Under the pieces are notes generated by a model. It saw nothing but the letters and a program-made list of their open reading frames with translations, was not told where the DNA came from and ran no database searches. Positions 19,296 to 27,855 of a DNA stretch of 42,120 bases are shown piece after piece (the first letter of the stretch is position 1; every line of letters starts with the position of its first letter). The DNA lies in sequence record SRR20825006_218; one strand, 5' to 3'. The position numbers and the translations under genes were made by a program.

Positions 19296-19496
19296 TGGAA
19301 ATTATTTGGGTTAAAGATAATCCTAAATTTTATTTTCAAACCTTCACAGTTAAAAAAAGTGGGGTAATCGTTAAAATTATATTGTTAATCGATTAGGGGC
19401 TTTCTATTTCCCTCTGAGAATCATTTATTTAATAAAAAAGACAATTTTGTGTTTACCTTTTTGGGTTCGTAACATTAACAGGAAAGAACAGGTAAA

Positions 19497-20030
19497 ATGA
19501 AAAACCAAATGGATATTACCGCACAGCGTGAACTGAAAGAACTCTATAAAAAATGGCCAGAAACAAAGCGATTTCTCAAATCTTTGGGATGCCCAACTAA
19601 GGATGCTGAGGATATTTTTCAAGAAGGATTATTGATTTACATCAGAAAAAAATCTACTGAAGATTTTAAGTTGGAATCAACGGCCATCGCTTATGTTAAA
19701 AGCACGTGCAAATTTCTTTGGTACAATCAATCGAGAAAAGAAGCAAAACATAGAACGGTGGAACTTACTGAAGTATCTTTCGACGATTCGGATGAATGGA
19801 TCCAAAAGGAAATGTACCTAAATCAACTTGAGAGCGCCATTCAACGGATTGGTGACAAATGCCAGGAGTTGCTTCGACTCTTCTACTCGGCGGGTTGGAC
19901 AATGAGTGCCATTGCGGAGAAAATTGGATTAAGAAACGACAAAGTGGCGAAGGCACAGAAGTACCGTTGTCTGAACAAAGTCAAAGAATTGATCCAAGAA
20001 GAAAATCCTGTTCAAACTAGTCACCTTTAA
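19497..20030 (+). CDS. ECF RNA polymerase sigma factor
   Basis: DAEDIFQEG region 2; region 4 C..LL..FY...MSAIAE..G...VAKAQKYRCL. Confidence 0.9.
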   Translation: MKNQMDITAQRELKELYKKWPETKRFLKSLGCPTKDAEDIFQEGLLIYIRKKSTEDFKLESTAIAYVKSTCKFLWYNQSRKEAKHRTVELTEVSFDDSDEWIQKEMYLNQLESAIQRIGDKCQELLRLFYSAGWTMSAIAEKIGLRNDKVAKAQKYRCLNKVKELIQEENPVQTSHL

Positions 20031-20040
20031 TTGTTACGCC

Positions 20041-22452
20041 ATGAACCCAAATATTACTAAGATCATCGACCAATACCTCACGGATGAGTTGTCATCAGAA
20101 GATAAAGCCGCATTTGAAGCGAAAATGGAGCAATCAGAACCTTTACGAGACGAAGTCACACTCCAACAATCCATTATGAAAGGAATAGAACGAAATCATC
20201 AACGCTCAGAAATTCAAAAAGTTGCGAAACGTTACCATGGATTTAAGACATTAAAATGGATTGGACTTTCCGTTGTTGCTTTAGCTGCGATAGCTGTTTC
20301 AGCGTACCTGATTCAGTCAAACATGAATAAACCGTCCACTGAAAAAGAACAGGCTTTTGAATTGTCGGAAACCGTTACACAAACACTCAGTTCCATTCAC
20401 TACTTTGAGAACGTTCCTGTAGAGTTGTTTTCCGTTCCTGAAGGCGGCGCTGTTGAGCTTTCAAAATCTGGAGTTTTACTCTCAGTTCCTGAAAATGCTT
20501 TTATGAAAGATGGACTTCCCTACTCTGGAAATGTGATTGTCCATTATCAAGAAGCACGTAAAAGCAGCGACATTGTTAAAAGTGGACTCAGCACAACGTC
20601 TGGCGATCAATTACTTCAAACGCAGGGAATGTTTTCCGTTCAAGGTTTTACAGCCGATGGAAAAGCATTGGAATTTAACCCAAAAGTGGGCGTTTATGTG
20701 CAAGTTCCTGTGGAAGAACATCTAAAAAGCATGCAGTTGTTCGATGGAATCACTCAAAAAGATGGAACGATCGATTGGCAAAACCCGGAAAAATTGGTGA
20801 AAATTCCCGTTCCAGTAAATATGAGTGAACTCGATTTTTATCCAACTGGTTATGAAGCCAAACTGGATGAACTGAAATGGAAGAAAAACAAAGCATCTAG
20901 AGACAGTCTGTATTTGAGTTTTGAGGAGGTTAGTAACGTTGATCAACCAAAGGAAATAACTGGTAAGTTTCTCTTTGAGACGAATTGTGCTGTATGTCAC
21001 CACCCTTCGCAAGATGGAACTGGTCCGAAGCTAACTAATGTCCGAGCGAAATGGAAAACAGGAGGTGCAAAAGAAGGTTCAATTTACCAGTGGGTTAATA
21101 ACTGGCAAATTGCTGCTGAAAAGGATCCTTATGCGAGAAATGTAAGTCGGCTAAAACCAACAGCAATGATCTCTTTCACACACTTAAAGCGAAATCAAAT
21201 TGATGCTATTTTTGATTACATCGACCTCAAAACCTCTCCTGTAATGACTGGTCCAAAAATTGAAACAATTCCAATTAACCCTAATGATTCTGCTACCTAC
21301 CCTACCCTAGCTGGTATTTCTGACAACTGTTTTGAACGCATCTCCCCTTCCAAAGTACTCGCGTTTTGGAATAAAAAATTCAACAACACCAATCTTGCGA
21401 CGCGTGAATTTGAAACACGCATGCGTGCAATTCATGCCACTTGCAACGATCAAGTGTTAGAGAAGTACACGAGGAACCTCAAAAAACCGATCAGTGAAAT
21501 TGATCAGGAAGTCGTATCAATGGGATATTCTACTTTCCAGAAATTCGTTGAGGAAGGAGTTGGTGTTGTAAATCCGAATAATCCACATATCGCTGGACTC
21601 CAAAAATTCTATGAGCAAGGAATAGACGCCTTGAAAAAACGAAATAAAACCTACCAAAACCTAGATCAGAAGAAAAAGGATAGTTGGGATAAAAAAACGG
21701 ATGAACTCCGAAGCAAAGAACAACAGCGCACAGCGAAAAGAAATGTGGAGTCATTCGAAGAAGAAAATAAGTACAATTTAGACAACGTCTACAAGCAGCT
21801 CGGCTATTCGAAAGGATTTACCATCAAACGCGGAAGCAAAGCAAAAGTGGGTGCACGAACATTTACAGGTCCAGCAATTAAAAACATCGATGCGTACGTT
21901 CGGGAAGCAACAGCAAATCGATCATCAGCTACGTTAGTCGATCCAACTACTGGAAAAACGGCTCAGTTGACTTACAATAAATTCACTTTTAACGTAGCAA
22001 ATCCATCGCAGTACATTAAGTTATATGCGTATTTGTTCCCTCATGAACTCAAAAGTTATCAGCGAATCGATGGTGCGAATGGAAAATTTGATTACCCGCT
22101 GAACAATGACATTCTTTATGACGTTGCGGTGGTCGGAATTACCGAAACGGGCTATGCTTACTTTCAAAAACAGACAATTCGATCAGGTGAATTGGGGACT
22201 ATTTCGTTGGAATCACTTACAGAGTCAGATTTAGAAGCCAGCATAGAACAACTCAACGGCAAGCGAATCTCGCGAGCGAAACCGATTGGAGACGAATTAA
22301 AATGGTTATTCAGAGAAAAAGCCGATTACAAGGAACAGCAAGTTCGCAAACAAATGAGACAGTTTAGAGAAGAATTGGCCCAGGTTATTTTTCCTTGTTA
22401 CTCATTATCTGAACGTAGCTATCCAGATAATAGCCATCCATTCGGAATATAA
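20041..22452 (+). CDS. Putative anti-sigma membrane protein with internal c-type cytochrome domain
   Basis: N-terminal IDQYL..ELS.ED..AFE (anti-sigma-like), one TM (about aa 73-91), GKFLFETNCAVCH (C316-H320), GPKL, distal Met376 in AMISF, coiled-coil-like stretch. Confidence 0.8.
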   Translation: MNPNITKIIDQYLTDELSSEDKAAFEAKMEQSEPLRDEVTLQQSIMKGIERNHQRSEIQKVAKRYHGFKTLKWIGLSVVALAAIAVSAYLIQSNMNKPSTEKEQAFELSETVTQTLSSIHYFENVPVELFSVPEGGAVELSKSGVLLSVPENAFMKDGLPYSGNVIVHYQEARKSSDIVKSGLSTTSGDQLLQTQGMFSVQGFTADGKALEFNPKVGVYVQVPVEEHLKSMQLFDGITQKDGTIDWQNPEKLVKIPVPVNMSELDFYPTGYEAKLDELKWKKNKASRDSLYLSFEEVSNVDQPKEITGKFLFETNCAVCHHPSQDGTGPKLTNVRAKWKTGGAKEGSIYQWVNNWQIAAEKDPYARNVSRLKPTAMISFTHLKRNQIDAIFDYIDLKTSPVMTGPKIETIPINPNDSATYPTLAGISDNCFERISPSKVLAFWNKKFNNTNLATREFETRMRAIHATCNDQVLEKYTRNLKKPISEIDQEVVSMGYSTFQKFVEEGVGVVNPNNPHIAGLQKFYEQGIDALKKRNKTYQNLDQKKKDSWDKKTDELRSKEQQRTAKRNVESFEEENKYNLDNVYKQLGYSKGFTIKRGSKAKVGARTFTGPAIKNIDAYVREATANRSSATLVDPTTGKTAQLTYNKFTFNVANPSQYIKLYAYLFPHELKSYQRIDGANGKFDYPLNNDILYDVAVVGITETGYAYFQKQTIRSGELGTISLESLTESDLEASIEQLNGKRISRAKPIGDELKWLFREKADYKEQQVRKQMRQFREELAQVIFPCYSLSERSYPDNSHPFGI

Positions 22453-22562
22453 GCCTCAAGAACAAAAGGTTAGCAAACTGGGGATTTCAAGATTAATTTT
22501 CACCTCAAAAAAGATTGATATAGCCTTAACAAAGACGTTACATCCAAACCAAGAAGACAGGC

Positions 22563-22570
22563 TACTTTTG
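22563..22570 (+). promoter_or_regulatory. -7 box TACTTTTG for pstS
   Basis: Exact TAnnTTTG 14 nt upstream of the ATG. Confidence 0.55.
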
Positions 22571-22584
22571 CCAAAAAAACAATT

Positions 22585-23511
22585 ATGACGAACACTCGTT
22601 TTTTCAGCAAAAACTCCCTTTTATTCACACTTTTTATCCTCTTCGGACTCTTCTCTTGCACGAGAAAAGAAAGCAATGAGCGTAAAACAACCATTTCTGG
22701 ATCCAATACAGAAGCTCCAGTAAGTCAACTTTTAGCCGATGCGTACTTAAAAAAACATCCAGATGCACGTTGGATACAAATAGCTTCTGAGGGATCGAAT
22801 AGCGGAATTAACGAGTTTCTTAACGGCAAAGTGGATATTGCTAACTCATCTCGAAAAATGACCCCAGATGAATTTCAACAAGCAAAGAAAGTGGGGATTA
22901 ATCCTATCGAAGTTATTATTGCAAACGACGCATTGTGCATTATCACACACCCAAGACTTGGTGTCGACAGCCTTTCGATTGAACAAATCAGAGGAATTTA
23001 CGCTGGAAATATCAAAAACTGGAAAGAAGTTGGAGGTCCAGACGCTTCAATTAGATGCTACGGAAGAAACAAGCTTTCTGGAACCCGCGATTATTTGGAA
23101 AAAAGTATTCTCGGACATGCTTCTCATTCTAAGCTATTCGAAAGAGACAATACGCAAGATCTGATTGAAATTCTTCGAAAAGATCCTTATGGAATTGGCT
23201 ATGCTGGGATTGGAAATTTGATGGAGGACGGAAAACCAACCAGCGATGTTTGGGTAATGAACATCTATTCGGAGCAATATGCCGCTGTTTCACCCTTTGA
23301 AAGATCGAAAGTAATTACAGGTGAATACCTTTTGTCTCGACCATTGTATCAATATTTCAACGGAATTCCCGACGGAGAAATAATGCGCTTCCTACAGTTT
23401 GAACTTTCCACAGAAGGGCAAGAAATTGTCAATAAATCTGGATTTTACCCAATTCTTGACACACACAGAGCATTAAACCGCGAAAATGGAGTCTACTACT
23501 TCGACAAATAA
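22585..23511 (+). CDS. pstS: Phosphate-binding lipoprotein PstS-like
   Basis: Lipobox LFSC, GSNT, GSNSGI, DIANSSR, NWKEVGG, R...SGT, Y.LSRPLY. Confidence 0.85.
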   Translation: MTNTRFFSKNSLLFTLFILFGLFSCTRKESNERKTTISGSNTEAPVSQLLADAYLKKHPDARWIQIASEGSNSGINEFLNGKVDIANSSRKMTPDEFQQAKKVGINPIEVIIANDALCIITHPRLGVDSLSIEQIRGIYAGNIKNWKEVGGPDASIRCYGRNKLSGTRDYLEKSILGHASHSKLFERDNTQDLIEILRKDPYGIGYAGIGNLMEDGKPTSDVWVMNIYSEQYAAVSPFERSKVITGEYLLSRPLYQYFNGIPDGEIMRFLQFELSTEGQEIVNKSGFYPILDTHRALNRENGVYYFDK

Positions 23512-23515
23512 ACCT

Positions 23516-23550
23516 AAAAAAACCTTCCTTGGCATCGTCAAGGAAGGTTT
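23516..23550. terminator. Terminator between convergent pstS and GIN-domain genes
   Basis: AAACCTTCCTTG-gcatcgt-CAAGGAAGGTTT; the 7-A run gives a U-tract on the minus strand. Confidence 0.85.
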
Positions 23551-23616
23551 CTCGAACACGATTTCTTTTAACTGTACCTAAAAACAAAGAAACCGACTTA
23601 TGAAAACTCTTTAGGC

Positions 23617-24705
23617 TTATTTCTGTTTTACCTTTCCTATTGCATTATTTTGGATCTCTTTTTCTGACGGATTTCCTTTATATAAAACATTTCCGACACC
23701 ATTTGCTTTAATATTAATGCTTCGAGTGGCATTCACCTGAACATCGCCAACTCCATTGTGAACTACATTGAGTGTATCAAAAACGAAATCGTAACCTTTA
23801 AAATCTCCAACTCCGCTGTATGATATTTCGCCTGAGTTCGATGCTCCAATTAACTTCACATCTCCAACACCTAAAAAATCGCCAATTAAATGAGTGCATT
23901 CTAATTCTAGTTCAGTATCTCCGACACCGCTCAGCCACAATCTCAATTTTTCCCCTTTAATAATCGATTGGCTTGTTAAATTACCTACACCGTCATGATG
24001 AATTTCTCGAATATCTTTAGTCACGGTGATATGAAGTACTCCTTCCTCAAGAAGCGCATCGCTTAATTCACCCGAACAATCCGTACAAAATACACCATCC
24101 TTCACTTTGTAGTCTGTAATTTCAGTGAAGGTTCCATTTACTTCCACCTCGACTTTTGGCACTGATCCTTGCTTAATTACTACGTCATAAATTCCGTCAA
24201 TGTGCACCGTATGAAAATCCTGCGCAGGAGATCGTTTCTTTGCAATGGGCATTACAGGCGCTGATGGTTGAGCGGGCTGAATGTTTAATGAAGGGTTAAT
24301 CGGTTGTATTGGAGCAATTGGCAGCATTGGATCCGGTGCCATTGTTAGTTTCTTTTTCCGTCTTGTAGAGTCAAACACAAATACTGGATCGTTCTTTTCT
24401 GGCTTCACTGAATTATCAGCAGTCAACTGTGCCTTTTCCGAATTTGGAGAATTTTGTTTCTCTGAAGTTTTGGGATTCACTGAACTTAAAATGACGACTC
24501 CCGCAACAATTCCACTTGTAATAATTGAACCTGTGATCATGATAATAGATTTTTTAATGAAGATTAATTTCAACTTAGCTAAGACACCGAGTCCTACTGT
24601 TGCCGCCGCAGCCATACCTACCCAAGCCGTTACTTCTTTTACCGAAGTTTCTGCTGGAGTATTTCTCGCAGTTGCAAACAAACCGTCTAACTCATTATTT
24701 GTCAT
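23617..24705 (-). CDS. Membrane-anchored GIN/DUF2807 beta-solenoid protein (putative anti-sigma)
   Basis: Short N-terminus, hydrophobic segments, Pro-rich linker, six GVG[DN] repeats spaced 18-21 aa, terminal YKGNP; ATGA overlap with the sigma gene. Confidence 0.82.
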   Translation of the reverse strand: MTNNELDGLFATARNTPAETSVKEVTAWVGMAAAATVGLGVLAKLKLIFIKKSIIMITGSIITSGIVAGVVILSSVNPKTSEKQNSPNSEKAQLTADNSVKPEKNDPVFVFDSTRRKKKLTMAPDPMLPIAPIQPINPSLNIQPAQPSAPVMPIAKKRSPAQDFHTVHIDGIYDVVIKQGSVPKVEVEVNGTFTEITDYKVKDGVFCTDCSGELSDALLEEGVLHITVTKDIREIHHDGVGNLTSQSIIKGEKLRLWLSGVGDTELELECTHLIGDFLGVGDVKLIGASNSGEISYSGVGDFKGYDFVFDTLNVVHNGVGDVQVNATRSINIKANGVGNVLYKGNPSEKEIQNNAIGKVKQK

Positions 24706-25229
24706 GCTGTTAATTCTTTTTGTTTCACATTGTCGGTTCTAAGCACGTCTAACAGTGCTTGTCTACCTCGTGCAAGTCTTTGCTTAATCGCTGAAATCCC
24801 GGCACCTTGCAACTCCGCAATTTCAGCGATTGAAAATCCAGAAATTTCATACAACACAATCGTCTCGCGTTGAATTTCTGGAAGTTGAGCAAGTGCAGTA
24901 TACAAAAGCTCATTATTATCATTCTGTTCTGCGTTCATTGAGCGATCTTCTACTTCTGAAAATTTCCGATCATCGCTGAACTGAACAGGTTTTTTCTTTT
25001 TGTGAGCATTGGCCAATACTCGAATGGTAATTCCGAAAAGAAAATAAAGAAATGCTTTAGGTGATTCCACTGCCTCGAACTTTTCAAAGGCGATTACAAT
25101 GGAGTCATGCATAACATCTTTGTAATCTAGGTCACCATAAGTTCTTGCACGACAAAAACGTTCAAAATTTGCATGTACCGGTTCGTACAATTCCATGAAT
25201 GCTTTTTTCTTGTCTTGCTTATCTTTCAT
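24702..25229 (-). CDS. ECF RNA polymerase sigma factor
   Basis: DVMHDS...AFEKF, AFLYFLFGI..R, LPEIQRE..VL.EISGFSIAEIA......AIKQRLARGR. Confidence 0.92.
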   Translation of the reverse strand: MKDKQDKKKAFMELYEPVHANFERFCRARTYGDLDYKDVMHDSIVIAFEKFEAVESPKAFLYFLFGITIRVLANAHKKKKPVQFSDDRKFSEVEDRSMNAEQNDNNELLYTALAQLPEIQRETIVLYEISGFSIAEIAELQGAGISAIKQRLARGRQALLDVLRTDNVKQKELTA

Positions 25230-25240
25230 TTCCTATTAGG

Positions 25241-25269
25241 TAGATGTCTTCAAGGTCGGAAAAGTTACA
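25241..25269 (-). promoter_or_regulatory. ECF-type promoter TGTAAC-N17-CATCTA (probable autoregulation)
   Basis: Minus strand TGTAACttttccgaccttgaagaCATCTA ending 11 nt before the sigma ATG; AAC-containing -35 and C(A/G)TC -10 pattern typical of ECF promoters. Confidence 0.65.
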
Positions 25270-25321
25270 ATGACGAAGAAAAAAATAACGGAAATATGAT
25301 TTTACCTCTGGAAATCAGTCT

Positions 25322-26020
25322 TTAATGACCGAAGAATTTCCACAAAGGATCTTCTGGAACTGGAGCAGTTACCTTAATGAGATCTCCTGATGTTGGATGT
25401 TCGAATTCAATGCTTCTGGCATGTAAACAAATGGACGCGTCTTTGTTGGAACGTTTTGCTCCATATTTCAAGTCTCCTTTAATTATGCAACCAATATGCG
25501 AAAGTTGACAGCGAATCTGGTGATGTCTCCCAGTCTCCAATTCTATTTCAAGAAGGTGATATTTATCCGAAGAAGAGACTAATTTATAATGTAAAATGCC
25601 TTTTTTAGCGCCTTCGATCATTTTTTCGTAGACGTAAGATTTATTCTGCTGCTCGTTCTTTTTTAGAAAGTTCGTGAGTGTTCCAGATTTTGCGGGAGGA
25701 GCTTTTTCTACAATTGCCCAATAGATTTTGTTAGTTTCCTTATCCCGAAACTGTGCATTTAAACGAGAAAGTCCTTTACTCGTACGAGCAAAAACAACAG
25801 CTCCAGAGGTAGGGCGATCCAATCGGTGAACGACTCCGCAGAATACGTTTCCCGGTTTGTTATACTTCTCTTTGAGATACGATTTGATAATTTCAGGCAG
25901 CGGTTTATCCTTCGTTTTATCTCCCTGCACAATATCTCCCGCCTTTTTATTCACCACAATTGTGTGATTGTCCTCGTGGAGAACTTCAATTCCGAAATTG
26001 TTTTGCTGCGTGTTTGTCAT
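25322..26020 (-). CDS. RluA-family RNA pseudouridine synthase
   Basis: VHRLDRPTSG (catalytic Asp), LETGRHHQIR, GDLKYG, LHA; TACCTTTG box at 26040-26047. Confidence 0.95.
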   Translation of the reverse strand: MTNTQQNNFGIEVLHEDNHTIVVNKKAGDIVQGDKTKDKPLPEIIKSYLKEKYNKPGNVFCGVVHRLDRPTSGAVVFARTSKGLSRLNAQFRDKETNKIYWAIVEKAPPAKSGTLTNFLKKNEQQNKSYVYEKMIEGAKKGILHYKLVSSSDKYHLLEIELETGRHHQIRCQLSHIGCIIKGDLKYGAKRSNKDASICLHARSIEFEHPTSGDLIKVTAPVPEDPLWKFFGH

Positions 26021-26092
26021 AGTTACTGAGTATCGTTGACAAAGGTACTAATCCAAACTTTAGATTGACCTCAATCCTCGCAAGCTGATAGA

Positions 26093-26716
26093 TTATTTAT
26101 TCCCCAAAGGTCTAAACGGAATTGACCATTGATAACGGATCGCTAATACGCGAATTGCAATCACCACACCTATAGAAACGAGCATTCCAATCCAATTGTA
26201 TTCAAACGTAGTTCGCAAAAAGTAGTATACTAACGCTCCAAAAAGGCACGCAAACGCATAAATCTCTTTTCTGAAAATAAGAGGGGCTTGGTTCGAAAGA
26301 ACATCTCGAAGCACTCCACCGAAAACAGCGCTTACCACTCCCATCATTATCGCAACCACTGGTGATAATCCCAATGCAAGAACTTTTTCCATTCCTAGAA
26401 TTGTAAACAATCCTATTCCTATGGTATCAAAGATGAAAAAGGTACGTCGCAATTTGCGTAAAAAATCCATCATAAAATAAATCGCTGGGATTGTAGAAAG
26501 GATGATATAAATGTGAACATCGCTTTCCATCCATGCAACGGGAGTAGAACCGATCAGTAAATCTCTCAATGTTCCACCACCAATGGAAGTAACAAAAGCC
26601 AAGATAATCGCCCCGAAGAAATCGAATTGCTTTTCAACGGCAACAATCGCTCCCGAAATTGCAAAAACAAACGTTCCAATGTAATCCAACGTAAGTATGA
26701 TCTCTTCCTGTCCCAT
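26093..26716 (-). CDS. Trimeric intracellular cation channel family (YadS/UPF0126) membrane protein
   Basis: GTFVFAISGA, GGGTLRD, DTIGIGLF, GGVLRD duplicated motifs. Confidence 0.93.
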   Translation of the reverse strand: MGQEEIILTLDYIGTFVFAISGAIVAVEKQFDFFGAIILAFVTSIGGGTLRDLLIGSTPVAWMESDVHIYIILSTIPAIYFMMDFLRKLRRTFFIFDTIGIGLFTILGMEKVLALGLSPVVAIMMGVVSAVFGGVLRDVLSNQAPLIFRKEIYAFACLFGALVYYFLRTTFEYNWIGMLVSIGVVIAIRVLAIRYQWSIPFRPLGNK

Positions 26717-26768
26717 AGTGCAAAACTAATCATGTTCAGGAGATGAACTACTATGTTTTCACCACAAA

Positions 26769-27692
26769 CTAGTTCTCTTTGTATTCTATTTTTCTTCTTC
26801 TTTCTTCGTCTCTTTGACGTTTCGTTTCTATCTCTGTATTTGAAACTGCCTTTGAAACACCTCGAGTGATTCCTGAAAATAATCCTGATGCATAAATTCC
26901 GACACTAAAAGTAAATCGATTCATACGTTGCTCTTGATAGTAGCGCGTGGAAGATGACAACTCAGAATTAAAGAACTCGTGAAGCGATGTAGAATATTCT
27001 CCTTCTTTAATTGTATTCATTTGCTGATTAAACTTGACGAATACTCCTGCTTGAGCAAATCCGAAGTAAGCAGACACTTCATTTGTTACCACATTTCCTT
27101 TAAATTCTCGTGCTCTTCCGACCCAATCATACATGAAACTGTGCTTTACCAAAAAATTCTTGTAGCTAAATGCGGTATGAAGTCCTAGTCCATATTGACT
27201 TCCGCCCAATTGAAGAGGTTCATAATTAGATGCTTTTGGTGTGAATCGATACAACGAATATTGCCATTGAACTCCACCGTACATGTTCACATAAGGCGTG
27301 ATATTTGTTCCAGCTCCGAACCTGAAAGGAAGCAGAATCGTTTGGTCATAGTTTCCAAAGTCTTTTTTATACCAAGGTTCTTTTTCCTTTTTCTTTAAGA
27401 TCGAATTTTGAACCCAAACGTATCCCACATCCAATACGAACGATCCATCCAAATGAAAATAAGTATGTTTTGTAAAAATATCAGCGGCTAATTCTGTACT
27501 TCCTCCTTTAAACCTTATTGTAGAGCTGTCTGAATAATCAATATTACTACTGTAATCAGCTGGATTCTTATAGAAATTAACGTTATTTCTTTTATATCCA
27601 AGTGCACTTAGATCAGATCCGTACCAATTTTCCATTTGAGCACTAGCAAAAAGCGGTGCAATCAAGATTAAACCAACGATTATATTTCTCAT
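26769..27692 (-). CDS. Hypothetical exported protein, probable outer-membrane beta-barrel with charged C-terminal tail
   Basis: Signal peptide MRNII...ASA-Q from ATG 27692 (ORF is open to 27707); aromatic-rich alternating strands. Confidence 0.7.
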   Translation of the reverse strand: MRNIIVGLILIAPLFASAQMENWYGSDLSALGYKRNNVNFYKNPADYSSNIDYSDSSTIRFKGGSTELAADIFTKHTYFHLDGSFVLDVGYVWVQNSILKKKEKEPWYKKDFGNYDQTILLPFRFGAGTNITPYVNMYGGVQWQYSLYRFTPKASNYEPLQLGGSQYGLGLHTAFSYKNFLVKHSFMYDWVGRAREFKGNVVTNEVSAYFGFAQAGVFVKFNQQMNTIKEGEYSTSLHEFFNSELSSSTRYYQEQRMNRFTFSVGIYASGLFSGITRGVSKAVSNTEIETKRQRDEERRRKIEYKEN

Positions 27693-27855
27693 GCTTTTTT
27701 TAAACAAAAATCGTTAGTCCTTATGATGACTACAATACGATGTTCTACGTACATTGAATTACGCATCAATGATGGAACACAAAATTACCTTGTGGATCAG
27801 TTTACGTGAAGATGAGAAGATGATTATGAAAACAAGCTTGGGCGCGAGGAGAGAA

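Noticed and set aside
19451-19478. Possible autoregulatory ECF promoter GTTTACC-N15-CATTAA before the 19497 sigma
   Set aside because: Match to ECF consensus is too loose to call without homologue alignment
23690-24000. Regularly spaced ACACC/ACTCC-containing DNA repeats that could suggest a CRISPR-like array
   Set aside because: They are the GVG[DN] codons of the beta-solenoid protein; short and degenerate, with no cas genes
24281-24742. 153-aa plus-strand ORF opposite the GIN-domain gene
   Set aside because: Antisense mirror of the Pro-rich linker and TM region; no independent support
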